NCBI GenBank assembly: GCA_951406725.2
Contig: OX597817.1
Span: 140,988,001-141,052,000 of the forward strand
Reading direction: 5' to 3'
From: Octopus vulgaris
Lineage: Eukaryota
Length of the DNA stretch: 64,000 bases
Positions 1 through 12,979 of this stretch are shown piece after piece (the first letter of the stretch is position 1; the number at the start of each line of letters is the position of its first letter). The notes below the pieces were generated by a model. That model was not told where the DNA came from. It made no database searches and saw nothing but the letters and a program-made list of their open reading frames with translations. Both the position numbers and the translations under genes were made by a program.

Positions 1-48
1 AAGAACTCCAAGATGAGTTGAAATAAGAAAATGCTTTGGTTGAATTAC

Positions 49-159
49 CTTTAAGAATGCATGAAATCTAGGATTCTTCTTTTCACATTCCAGAATACTC
101 TCTTTTGTTTTTTCGAAAAAGTTCACAAATGGGGGATACGCTTTTACCAATTTATCCGC
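49..159 (-). CDS. ECT2: ECT2 exon (DH domain); the gene continues beyond the left edge
   Basis: ADKLVKAYPPFVNFFEKTKESILECEKKNPRFHAFLK (YPPFVNFFE...PRFHAFLK typical of ECT2); attag acceptor, gtaatt donor; 111 nt. Confidence 0.95.
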
Positions 160-916
160 CTAATCAATAAAAACAGATTAAAAGAATATTATAACAATGG
201 CAATTCCATCTTGTTGCTGTGATTTAGAGTTATCTAAAGAAATTGAAAACTAATGAAACACCATTTCACAAGTGAATGGCTAAAATCAAACAAGGTAACT
301 AATAAATTGTTTTTTTTTATTAGCCACAAAGGCATGAATGAAAAGAGGAATAAAAAAATATGTGTACTGCATGAACCAAAAGTTACAAACAAGTCTATAA
401 TTTCAATAAGCTTATTCTAATTATTATATTTGATGACATCCCAATTTCAGCAGCGCATATTCAGAGGAAAAATGGATTTTAGTGCATTAAAACTTATAGG
501 AAGCCTAACTTTGCCTATAGGGATGATTTTTCTGAGACTGATTTTTTTTTTAAGTGCATTTTCTCTGCCATCAAATACAGTAATTAGTACTTTTCTTAAA
601 TACTGTTAGGAAGTATTGAAACTCCAATCATGACTTTTTAATATTTTAATAACAATATAAGAAAAATACAAAAAAGAAAATAAAAGAAATTTATTAAAAA
701 CTGAGATTGTTTTGTGACTTTTGACTCAGCTGGTATATGTCTAACTTTTTACACCCTATCCAACTCTGGCCATCACTTGCAAACAAGGATGACCTGTAAC
801 AAAATACTACACTTCCACTAAATACTCTAGGTGTCGATGTATTCCTCAAAAGTCATCAACACTCAACCCTCTCGCCCCTTGATTCAGTGGAACACTGAAG
901 GGGAGAGAGTGGGCTG

Positions 917-1178
917 GACCAGTACTGGGTAGCTGGTACTAATTTCAACTGACTGGATCTACATGAAATGAAGTGACCAGTACTGGGTAGCTGGTACTAA
1001 TTTCAACTAGTGAACTGACTGGATCTATATGAAATGAAGTGACCAGTACTGGGTAGCTGGTACTAATTTCAACTAGTGAACTGATTGGATCTACATGAAA
1101 TGAAGTGACCAGTACTGGGTAGCTGGTACTAATTTCAACTAATGAACTGATTGGATATACATGAAATGAAATGACTAG
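917..1178. repeat. 66-bp minisatellite (about 4 units, first unit 58 bp) next to a minus-strand tRNA-like SINE head
   Basis: Unit gaccagtactgggtagctggtactaatttcaact... starts at 917, 975, 1041, 1107 and 1173; tRNA-like head at about 1180-1246. Confidence 0.85.
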
Positions 1179-1992
1179 TCGAGGAATCAAATCCACGACC
1201 TCATGATTGTGATCCCCAAACGCTAACCAATAAGCTATACACCTCCACCTACAATCATCCAACAAATGTTGGCATCCAACTCATTATGGGTTGACCTTTC
1301 TTAAAGCCACCATTCACACTGGTGAAGTTACTTCCAAGTAAGGCAGCAAGAGTTATGGCCCTTGTCAAAATACCTAATTCACTACAATTCAGCTGGGTTT
1401 TTTTTTTTCTTTTCCATTTAATCTTCTTTTTAATAAACCTCTCATAATTATATCAATAATTCCAACATAACCTATCGGCCAATGCAATCCATCAAACAGA
1501 TGACCAAACTCATTAACACTCTAAGAGTGTTCAAGGAATATCTCGTTGTCTCGTTGCCACGGAAACAAATCACCAGTAGTTAACATTGATTTATTGGTAT
1601 TCATCATATTGATACAGGTTCACATTATTTAATTTCATCTAAACTATACTTAATGACCACACGTTCTGGGTTTGCTCGAGTTTTGCTTTTTTTTTGTTTT
1701 TTTTTTTTCCTGTTTTTTTTATTAGGGTTTTGTGTTTGATTTTCTTTTTTTTTTCTCTGCTTTTGACATCATCAACCTATCTAACAAAACACAATCGACT
1801 GAAGAGCAAGGAAGGCTTTGAAATTTAAAACCAGTCTGGACACAAAAGATGGCTGCGGCATTGTTTTCAGGTAGCATCTAATGACCACAACGCACAGGAC
1901 AGCATGTAAATATAGTAAAACGTAAAGACTGTATATGATCAGTGAAATAACTGTGTGTGTGTGTGTGGAACAGAATATAGAAAAAGAATTAC

Positions 1993-2181
1993 ATGTTTAA
2001 GAATGACATCGCCAACCAAGGCATCTTCTTTCCAGTTGTTAATCAAGTCTGACAGCTCATCCCTTATTTTACAATGGATGTCATAAATTGGTGGGATTTT
2101 ACCAAATATTGATTTAATCTCAAGTGGTACCAGTATTGGCACGTTGTAATGGTTTGGTTCCTCAATTTTTTCCTTAAATAC
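1993..2181 (-). CDS. ECT2: ECT2 exon (DH domain)
   Basis: VFKEKIEEPNHYNVPILVPLEIKSIFGKIPPIYDIHCKIRDELSDLINNWKEDALVGDVILKH (EIK.IFG.IP motif); tttcag acceptor, gtaatt donor; 189 nt. Confidence 0.95.
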
Positions 2182-2256
2182 CTGAAAAAGTAAGATAATA
2201 GTCTCAATATTAGTTTCATTTTTTTTAAAGTTTACAGCAATAACAGTATATATTCA

Positions 2257-2286
2257 ACTACTACTACTACTACTACTATTACTACT

Positions 2287-2323
<37 letters not shown>

Positions 2324-2830
2324 TATTATTGAGAGAGTAGTGCATGCTATCAAAGTGACACTGGGGTGAAATATACGAAGCCCAGTATACCCATCATGAC
2401 TACCCGTCTGATAAGGGTACACCAAGCACATGCATCACAACTATATGTGCATGACATGGTGATCTCATATTAAGATAAACAGCACATGACCTTGCAGGTG
2501 GGGCCCAGTTAGAATTTTCTACTGGTCGAGTAACCCATCCCACTCAAAAGGTCCTTGAATAAGGGTTGTTTAAGGATGTTGAACGAAACAACCATGTTTC
2601 CAGAGGTGAATTATTAAAACCCCAAAGAATCCCTCTCAACACATGGCTATGATGCTCCACCACTACTTCTGCTTGTGATCAGAGATGCACATATCGTCAG
2701 CCACTAAGGGACATGCTCAACTGGTTATGGTCAAACAACTGACAAGCAAATCGGTGGTATTGAGCAGAATATTTGCTGTAGTTCATCTTTTTTTTATACC
2801 AAGACAAAACAATGTACATAATAACACTTC

Positions 2831-2867
<37 letters not shown>

Positions 2868-2930
2868 GTTATCATTGTTATCATTATTACTACTACTACT
2901 ACTACTACTACTATCATTATTATTTTCATT
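2257..2930. repeat. About 480-bp unclassified interspersed sequence flanked on both sides by (TAC)n/(TAT)n microsatellites
   Basis: Triplet tracts at 2257-2330 and 2832-2925 are directly visible; repeat status of the core is inferred. Confidence 0.5.
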
Positions 2931-3107
2931 GTTTTTGCTTTGATTAATATGAGCTGTTCCAAGTCTCAGCCTGAGACCCAAGTAAGTTGAACATTTAACT
3001 ATATAAGTGCTGTTAATGGTTAGCAATGATATATTGTATGGGAAGAAGACCAGATTCTGCTGAAATTGTAATATTTGAGATTTTGGAAAAGTTTAAAAGG
3101 ATATTCT

Positions 3108-3300
3108 CAGATTGACAGCAGTTTTCTTAGCATGTGGCCAGTACTCATGAGAACAATTTTTGTAGTTCTGATACCTTTGGCTTTCCTGGTATTTGGCTAC
3201 AGTGTTTATGAGCACCATTTGGTATTATGCCCAGAGCTCTGATGGTCACAGGTACAGTAATCATTTAGATGCCATGTTTTTGAGACCTCTACTCCAAGGT
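3108..3300 (-). mobile_element. R4/Dong-like non-LTR retrotransposon C-terminal remnant (restriction-like endonuclease region)
   Basis: Minus-strand translation VPVTIRALGIIP...ELQKIVLMSTGHMLRKLLSI* resembles the R4/Dong ORF end. Confidence 0.6.
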
Positions 3301-5523
3301 CCTTGGGTTTTATCATTCATCCTCATTTAAGCATCCAATTCTTGATACTGGAATTTGCTGAGGCAGATTTTCTATGGTTGTTACGTTACCAACCGTCACC
3401 TGTTTCCAAACAAGATAAAACTTCCCTGTGGCCAGACGTTTTTCAAAGAAGACTGGAAACAAATGATGTTATTTGTATGATGGTGACACACACTACAATC
3501 AGCTTGAGAACACACACACACATATATTATAAAAGACACCCGTGCCGGTGCCACAAGAGAAAAGCACCCTTGCTGGTTCCACATAAACAAAGCACCCCTA
3601 CTGGCACCATGTAAGCTGTACTCATGCTGATGCCACATAAAAAGCACCCAGTAAACTCTGTAAAGTGGTTGGCATTAAAGAAGGTCATCCAACCATAGAA
3701 ACCATGCCAAAACAGACAACAGGAGCCTAGTGCAGCCCTCCAGCTTCCAAGCTCCTGTCAAACCATCCAACTCATGCCAGCATGGGAAACAGACATTAAA
3801 TGATGGTGGTGATGATGATGATGATGAGCACCCGTCAATTGTTGGGCGATATGCTGTGCTTGTGAAGACCTGTTGAACCGAGAGAAATTGTAGTTGAGGC
3901 CAATGCCAGTGCTATCTAACTGGCATGTAAAAAGCACCGTTCGAGCATTGGTCCTCATGGAGGCAGCGACAGATGACCAAGACCCTTGGCGATATACCAT
4001 GCTTGTGTAGACCTGTCAAGCCAAGTGAGACCGTAGTCAGGCCGATGCCAGTGTCAGGTCAATGACACCTGTGCCAGTGGCACATAAAAAGCATCCACTA
4101 CACTCTCAGTGTGGTTGGCATTAGAAATCAGACTGGAATTTGGTGCAGCTCCCCAGCTTACTGGTTTTCTGTCAAACCGTCCAACCCATGCCAGCATAGA
4201 AAGCAGACGTTAAATGATGATGGCGACGATGATGACACACACACACACACACACACACACAACAAGCTTCTTTCAGTTTTTGTCTATCAAATCCATTCAC
4301 AAGTTTTGAGTCAACTTGTGAATAGAAGACACAAGTCCAAAGTTCCACACAGTGGGATTGAACCAGAAGCCATGCAGTTGGGAAGTGGACAGCCTAACCA
4401 CACAGCTACATCTGCGCCTATTGCTGTTACTGTTTGTCTTATTGGCCACAAAAGGGCCAACAGATTAGAGACAATACAAATGCAAAATAAACAATGGAAT
4501 GAGATTGGTTTACATCAAATAAAAAAAATAAGTTCAGCAATAACAAACAATCAAGAAAACAAAGAAACAAAAATAAACAGCAATAACAACAGCTGTGTGG
4601 TTAAGACGTTTGCTTTGCAGCCACATGGCTTTCAGTTCAGTCCCATTGCATGGCACCTTGACTATCAACTAATGCCTTGTGAGTGAATTTGGGTAGACAG
4701 AAACTGGGTAGGAGTGTGTTATGCGTGTGTGTTCTTTACACTACTTGACAACCAGTGCTAGTTTGTTTGCATTGCTGTAACTTAGCACTTTGACAAAAGA
4801 GACTGACACAATAGCAGACTATAAAAAAATAAGTGCTGAGGTGAATTTGTTTAACTAAAACTGTTCAAAGCATTGCTCCACCATGGCATGGTCGAATGAT
4901 TGAAACAAGTAAAAGATGAAAGCTAATAAAACAACAGAAAGGTTGTCCAAATTGAAAGGAGGAGATAAACCTGCATACAAGGCACCAGATACACACCACA
5001 CTGGCTTACTCTGCCCTTTTCCAAATCTCACGTCCACCCTACAGCAGTATACTGTAGACCCGTTTAGCCTCAGCAATTCCACTAATCCCTCTCGTCATTT
5101 ATTAAGTTTACAGAAAGACAGTACCACTTTCTCTAAGAATCTCCTTTTCAGGTTGTACCTGACAAAGTTGATAAGGGTTTGTCCTAAGAAAAAAAATTCT
5201 ATCCCCAAACTTTTCAACCCCATTTACAACACAACTTTACTGATCATAGTCACTAAGCAGAGAGTTGCTACCCACTCAACTTTGTCAAAGGAAGACAGTG
5301 ACTTAGTCTTCATGAGACAATAATAATCGCTTTTGATTTTGGTGTTTATTTCGATTAATAAAGTTTTGTTTGAGCCGAGATATGTGCATTTGAATTTAAA
5401 GGGTAAAAACTGCAAGAACTTTCTTGACAACCTAATATCTGAAAAATTCTGATAACTGGATGCTAGTCTTAAAGTTCAAAAACAAAAACACCTCATACTC
5501 AGTAACAAAACAGACAGGAAAAT

Positions 5524-7425
5524 CATCGTCATCATCATTTAATGTCCATTGTCCAAGCTGGTATGGGTTGAACAGTTTGACCAGAGCTGGTAAGCTGAAG
5601 GGCTGCACCATATTCCAGTCTTATTTGTCATGGTTTCTATGGCTGGATGCCTTTCCTAATGCCAACCACTCCAAGAGTATAGTGGGTGCTTTTACATGCC
5701 ACCGGCATGAGTGCTAGTTGCGTAACACCAGTGTCTGCCACAATTGTGATTTCACTCGGCTTGATGGATCATCCTTCTCAAGCACAGCATATTGCCCAAA
5801 GTCTCAGTCATTTGTCATTGCCTCCATAAGGCCCAACACTCAAAAGGTGCTTTTTACATGTCACTGGCACAAGTGCCAGTTATGTGACACCGACAGCAGC
5901 CACAACTATGATTTCATTTGGCTTGACAGGTCTTCACAAGCACAGCATATCGCCAAATGTCTCAGTCACTAGTCACTGCCTCCATTGAGGCCCAGCATGG
6001 AAGACCATGCTTCACCACCTCATCCTATGTCTTCCTGGGTCTCCCTCTCCCATAGCTTCCTTCCATTGGTAGAGATTGGCACTTCACACAACTGTCCACA
6101 TCCATATGCACCACATGGCCATACCAACGTAGTCATCTTTCTTGCACACCACATCTTAAGCCCAACTTTTCTCTCAAAACACTTACACTCTGTTACACAT
6201 ACACACTTACATACTAGTTTCACATCTTTCAAGCATTTGCATGTCCTCAGCAGCCACAGCCCATGTTTCACTGCCATGTAGCATGGCTGTTCGCACACCG
6301 TCATTGTACAATTTGCCTTTCACTCTGAGGGAGAGGCCCTTCATTACCAACAGAGGTAGGAGCTCTCTGAATTTTGCCCAACCTATCCTTATTCTAGCAG
6401 CTACACTCTCAGAGTATCCAGCCCCAATACTGACTTGGTCACCTAGTTACCAGAAGCTATCAACTTCAAGTTTTTCCCCCCAGGCATTTGATGGAGTCTA
6501 TTTTCTGTACATTTTTAGTGTTAATTGTACCTGTGCACCTGCACACCCAAAAACAAGTTTTCCTGTTAACCTTCCTTTGATATTGCTGCATCACTTGTGT
6601 CTCCATAGCTTGCACTGTGTACATCTTATGAAGTTTCTACATATGACTTTTCTACAAATTGACCAGAGCAATCTACCTGAAGGGACTTGTTATTTGTCCT
6701 CTTTCATACTTACTAAGACTTTGGTTTTTGCTATGTTAACTCTAAGGCCCTTCGATTCTAGACCTTGCTTCCAAATCTGAAACTTCTCTAGTTCTGCTAG
6801 TGATTCAGCAATAAGAACAAGCTCATCAGCATAGAGGAACTCCCAAGGGAAGCCTGTCTTAAATTCCTCTGTTATTGTCTGAAGGACTGTGATGAACAAG
6901 AGATGGCTGAAGACTGATCCTTGGTGAACCCCCACTTTTACCTTGAATTCTTCACTATACTCATTGCCAACCCTCACCTTACTGACAGCATCCCTTTCTC
7001 CAAACCAACAAAAGCCAAGTACAGAGGTTTATCTTTGGCTATGTATTTCTCCTGCAGCTACCTTATCAGAAATATAGTATCAGTAGTCCTTCTCCTTGGC
7101 ACAAAACTAAACTGCATCTCATCTAGACCTTCTCCCTTATTAGTTGAGCTTTGGCCCTCTCTGTGACTTTCATCACCTGATTCAACAATTTGCTACCTCC
7201 ATAATTATTTCTATCAAATGAATCACCTTTACCTTTGTAGCAGTTGGCTATGGTGCTGCTACACCAGTCATTGGGTATGATTCCTTCATGTATCACCTGG
7301 TTAACTATACAGGTGACTAGACCATAACCTACACTGCCAGATATTTTAAGCATCTCAATGGTGATTCTTGATGGGCCAGGGGCTTTCCTTGTCTTCATGT
7401 CCTTAATTGCTTTATCTACCAAAGT
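5524..7425 (-). mobile_element. 5'-truncated, decayed RTE-clade LINE running into a Meta-domain 3' end with a (GAT)n tail
   Basis: RT motifs KAPGP, YKGKGD, GVHQGSVFS, LYADELVL and YLGD are split over frameshifted ORFs; contiguous with the module array and catcat tail. Confidence 0.88.
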
Positions 7426-8029
7426 ACTGACAATTCAGATAACTGGTCCCTCAGTTGGGTCAACATTTGGCAGAAGTATTTTTATTGACCCGTAGCTCAC
7501 TATAGTTTTCTCTCTAATATTCCTTAGATAGTTATTGACCGATTGCAAGGCTGGCCAGCACCTGCCCACCCACCTCTCACATGTCCCTGGAGAATGGAGA
7601 CAACTATAGTTGCACCTATTTTCCACTACTGCCCACATGTAGTAGCCACAACTTGTTTTGCAATTCTCTGCTAGCAGAGCTGCCCTATTCTCACCTCCTC
7701 TCACTGTCAACAAGTTAGAAGTTCAAGTCAATATTATGACTAAGGAGCCATACTTTTGATTTTGCACAAAGTATTGTTCTAGAGAATATCTGTCTAGGCA
7801 TAAGAAATTTAAAGTTTGTTTTAAAAGTGATTTCATGATAAGGTGACAGTAGAAGATCTTTGCTGTGGTGTACATTTAAAAATACTTTTGTTAATGTTTA
7901 CAGATGAAAATGTTTCTGGAATCTCACAGACAATATTTTTCATAGGATATGAGCAGTTCCCATGAGCACTATTTAAAAAATTTCTTCTATTTTTGGATTT
8001 CCTGCTATCTGAGACAGATAACAATCATC

Positions 8030-8290
8030 CCCTTTTGCTATCATTCCTAGGGTATTTATGACAACAGGTATTGTTTTAGTCTTGAGGTTCCACATTTTGC
8101 AGGTCCAGGTTTTTGCAAATTATTCAGTGAATATACTGTGCCAATCTGTTGAGATACTCTGTGGATGCAAGAGGTCTGCACATGGAAACAACATGATCGA
8201 TGGTTTCAGCCTAGTGTTTACATACACAGCATATTGGGTTACTGCCACTTCAAACTTCAAAAGTAGAATGGGAAGTAATTAACTTGTTTT
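8030..8290 (-). mobile_element. R4/Dong-like LINE remnant (CCHC and endonuclease region)
   Basis: Minus-strand translation ETIDHVVSMC...AQYIH...MWNLKTKTIPVVINTLG. Confidence 0.55.
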
Positions 8291-9139
8291 CAATTTGTTT
8301 ATTGAAGAATTTAGTAGACATAGAGTGTCTCTTCAAACTTTAAAGTTGCTTCGTTAAAGTCACTTAATGATAAAAAGATGATGGAAACTGACTACTGATA
8401 AGAAACTAATTAATAAATGTATAAGAAGTTAGCTCATAGACACAAAATTTTAATTAGCAGAAGAGTTTTACAGTAGTGATGTATCAAAAACAGGAATTGA
8501 TAGGGTTGGGTTAAGAAGAATTTAAGCAAGTCAAGGCTCGTCCCTTGCAACCCGCTCCAGCTGAGCATCCCTAATCTCACAGGCTCATAAGTGCTGGTGC
8601 TATGTAAAAAGCGCCCATACAGGTGCTGCATAAAAGCACCCAGTACACTCTGTAAAATGGTTAGTGTTAGGATGGATATCCGGCTGTAGAAATCATGCAA
8701 AAAAACAGACAGGAAACCTGAACAGCCATTCAGCTGGTCAGCTTCTGTCAAACCATGCTAGCAAACCCATGCTAGCATGAAAAACTGACGTTAAATGATG
8801 ATGATGATGGTGATGCAGTACTTGAACACAGTATAACAACTAGCTCTGACAGCAAAGTGTTCTGGAAATATGTACATTTGAAACAGAGACCTCATTCTCC
8901 AGTTGGCCCTCTTTGCAATCCCCACACAAGTCAGATCAGTGAGGATCCCAAAGAGTGGACAGAACTTATTGCTGAATGCTATGCTGGCATTTTTACTGTT
9001 GATAATCCAAATGTACCATCCTCACCACCTCTAACATCAAATTTTATAACATCTGCAATGCTACAATGCCACCTCAAGAATAAATGCAAGTGTTGTATGG
9101 GGACCAGGATAGAGTATAGGGAATATTATCTCTCAATCT

Positions 9140-9940
9140 GACACTAATATTATCCTGGCTGCTAGGAAAACACTAATTTATTTTACGGATAATTACTGGA
9201 CTTGCAACTCATCTACAGATTCCTTTGATACAACCATGGGCTCTTCTGATTCAGCCCAGGTTACTGACCTCATTGACTTATTTCTTTCCCAAATTAAACA
9301 GCACTTCCCAACCTTTCCAGAGGCTCTACAGCCACTGGTCTATCTCAACCTTCTGTTAAATCCACCAAGAAAGCCCTCCATAAACTTAAAAACTCTAACT
9401 TAAGTATCTATTTTGAAAATGATACCAAAGTGGCCATTTTCTTAAATGTTATCTCTTAAACACAGACCTATATCACCCTTTCCATAAACCCAATCAATCA
9501 TTACAATATATCAATATCCAATCCAATCATCCTGCATAGCACCCTTAATAGCATAATCACCAGCATCTCAATCAGAATCTTCAACTTAACAGTTAATTAA
9601 GATGTTTTTTAACAATCATGCTCCATATAACTATGCCGGGTCATAGTGCTAGTATTTACTAAAACAGCTTCTGCTTGTGTCTACATATCACCTCTGCTCA
9701 AATCCAAACTATACAGTCACCGCCCTACCTCTCATCTTTCCCCTTGTCCCTAATGTCTCTCAGCCACTCACCACTCTGCCTAATCTTTTCTCCCCTCAAC
9801 AACATCCCTTTGGAATTTTTTCTCTTTTGCTGTATTCCTAAATTCCTAACAGAAGTTCAAACTGGACATAAATTTTTATGACCTCGGCCATTGGTCAAAG
9901 CATGAACAACATCTCTTCGTCCATAACTAAAGTGAAAAAT
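9140..9940 (+). mobile_element. Decayed Penelope-like element RT, Naiad/Chlamys type
   Basis: Fragments FDTTMGSSDSAQVTDLIDLF (cf. FDVTMGS.DGAE..ELVG) and LYHPFHKPNQSLQYINIQSNHP (cf. YRKPN...YI...SNHP); frameshifted. Confidence 0.7.
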
Positions 9941-10370
9941 GAAAACCTCTTTTTAGTAGTAGTAGTAGTGGGAGGAGGAAGAGAAGGAGGCAGACCTCAG
10001 CTGTTAGTAAGCTGGTGAAAAAGATGTTTATATGTAAATGTATGGAATTATAATTACCATACAAAATAATGAAATTCTCTAAATACTACCAATTCCAGAC
10101 TAACAGGTAAAGAAATAGAACTGTAACTCCATTAAAAGATTTCAATTGAAACTGATATAGCCAGAAAGCTGCACGGTTTTTTTTTTCTTTTTTTTTTTTT
10201 TTTGGTTTTTTTTTGTAATTTGTCTCCAAGTGTTGTTTCAAAGATTAAGTTCCATCCAGAAATTTCCAATGCTTTGTTTGTTTCTTATTTCTTTTTTAGA
10301 AACTAATAATATTCCTCATATGAAATAGTTGTTCCCAAAGAACAATGATGAAATAATCGGTATTACTTAC

Positions 10371-10483
10371 ATGGAGAATTGTGTGCAAGATCTTCACATA
10401 ATTCCATTCTGTCTGCAGCAATTCCATTGCAACTAAACACCGCTGTGATGGTTTGATAGCATTTCTATCCTTGGAACATTTTT
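10371..10483 (-). CDS. ECT2: ECT2 exon (start of DH/RhoGEF domain)
   Basis: (E)KCSKDRNAIKPSQRCLVAMELLQTEWNYVKILHTILH, DH CR1 motif EL.QTE.NYV; cccag acceptor, gtaagt donor; 113 nt, phase 1 to 0. Confidence 0.95.
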
Positions 10484-12506
10484 CTGGGAAAATGAATAAT
10501 GGGAAAAAATTATTTCTTTTAAATATACAAAATTAAGTGAGTTGTTATTTGCATATCTTAATCTTTTAAGATGACTAGCATATTTATTCATGACACATTC
10601 CAGCAAATTCAAATGTAAATATGTTAATCACTGTTGTATTTCATCACAGGAGATCAACTTCTCTGCACTGTATGCTCATAGCCTAATTCATTGGCAAATG
10701 AAACTCTAAGACAGTCGATGTTTCTCAACACCATTGTGTCTTGTGAGCAAGAGGTATCCCCAGACAAATGAATATAACAACAGTGGATGCTCTCATATAT
10801 AATTTCAGCAAACAACATGCACGCATTCATCGTAAAGGAAAAGTTGTTCTCCTATGACAAAACTCAGCAGTGATTAACATATTTGAGTTCAAATTTGTCA
10901 AAACATTAAGAATAAATACACATCATCATCATCATCATTTTGATTCTCACTGTTCACCATACACATGATGGTTTATTATCCATCTGTTAACAGATATCAA
11001 CACGTGTTAGCAATCAGTTTGTTTGCTGAAATTATAAACACAAGTATCAACTCTTGTTAGATTCATTAATCACTGGGACAGGGTGGGTGTGCCTCTGGCT
11101 GACATGACACAATGACGTCAAAACACCAACTGCTAATGAATCAAGTGGTTATCAACACATCATCATCGTTTAACGCCCATTTTCCATGCTAGCACGGGTT
11201 GGATGGTTCGACCAGGGAGCCAGGAGGCTGCACCAGGCTCCAGTCTGATCTGGGAGTGTTTCTACAGCTGGATGCCCTTCCTAACGCCAAGCACTCAAGT
11301 GTAGTGGGTGTTTTTTATGTGCCACCGGCACAGGTGCCAGGCGAGGCTGGCAACAGCCACATTTGGATAGTTCTTTTACGTGCCACCAGCACTGGTATCA
11401 CAACTACAATTTCCATTGATCTTTGATCAATTTCGATTTCACTTGCCTCAACAGGTCTTTGCAAGCAGAGTTTTGTGTCCCAAGAAGGAAAGGTATGCAT
11501 AAGTGGACTGGCTACATCCCAGGTAGAGGCCACTCACTGTAAAAGAGGCGTTCTCGTATGATGAAACACAAGATTAGCATATTAATGGTTGAATCTCCTG
11601 GAAGGGATTAAGAATAAATGTGCCAGTCATTGCTTTGATTTTTCGCAGTTCACTTGGTATATAACAACAAACTTTTAGTCAAGAGAAAAAGCAGTTCCTT
11701 GATGCTTTACAGGGCCCCTGCCATTGGCTGTGGGGGGGGGGGGGAGAAGTTATTGTGCAACAAGAATGGAATAACAATAATGCCAGCATGAGATTGCAAT
11801 GTCTTCTTTAAAGCATTAATCAATGAAGTGGTGTGCATGTGTGTGTGTGTTTGTGTCCCCACAAACATACCCATGTATCCACTCAGTGGTTTGGCATTGT
11901 GAAGAGACCATCAGGTATTTACTCAGATTACCATCCAAAGTTATCCTCCTGTACCACTTATGTAGGACATGCACAGCTAGACACACCTAGTTAGACCTAA
12001 TTAATCATAGAAGAAAGAAAATAAGAACATAAATCATCTTCTAGCATAAACAACACCTCAGATACATCTGTTCAATTAGTATATATAATAATGATAGGTG
12101 TGTCCAGGCAGACTTGGATGAAAACCATTAAATGTACAGAAAACAAAAAAAATCCTATGTGACTTTGGAATATTAGTTAATAGATATGAAGTAGTAAGAA
12201 AAGAACTGGTTTGTTAACCCTGAGAGAGTCAAGAGTTCACAGACGAAATAATGATGTACAGAAATAGAACAATAAAGAAACGGCTATTGGGACTGGCTTT
12301 GGTAATTAGTAGAACATAAATGATACAAGATCACTTAAACACTGGTGATATTTACAATATCACTGCCATCACCATCATCATAATTGTTTGTTTCTGATTT
12401 TACTGTTATTCTCTAAAATTTGCTGCACCTACATAACAATCAAAGAACTTGATACCAAGTTATGGTAATTTCCAAAATCCAATAACAGTTCTTCTTTATA
12501 TATTAA

Positions 12507-12979
12507 CCCTTTCGTTACCAACCCGGCTGAAACCGGCTCTGGCTCTGAGTACAAATGTCATTTTTTCATTAGTTTTGAATTAAAATCTTCCACCAAACCT
12601 TAGTCACAATTTATGTTCCTAACACTAGCTGAATGATAAATAAGTTATTTTACCTAATTCTTTGTTATATTTAAAATTAATTGAAAGAAACATAGAGCAT
12701 CTCGACAGGAATATGGTAACAAAAGGCTTAAAAATATATAATAGAGAAACAATTCTTAACCCTTTTGATACCAACCCCACTGAAACCAGCTCTGGCTCTG
12801 AGTACAAATGTCTTGTTTTCATAAGTTTTTAATTAAAATCTTCCACCAAACCTTAGTCACAATTTATGTTCCTAACACTAGCTGAATAATAAATAAGTTA
12901 TTTTACCTAATTCTTTGTTATATTTAAAGTAATTGAAAGAAACACAGAGCATCTCAAAATAAATACAGTAACGAAAGGG
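12507..12979. mobile_element. Tandem dimer of a roughly 220-bp piggyBac-type MITE (12507-12727 and 12760-12979)
   Basis: TTAA|CCCTTTCGTTAC...GTAACGAAAGGG|TTAA termini; the two bodies are near-identical direct repeats. Confidence 0.85.

Noticed and set aside
945-1265. 106-aa protein with 22-aa repeats
   Set aside because: Arises from a 66-bp minisatellite; no splice or homology support
2685-3026. Poly-I/T and poly-N/S ORFs
   Set aside because: Translations of trinucleotide microsatellites
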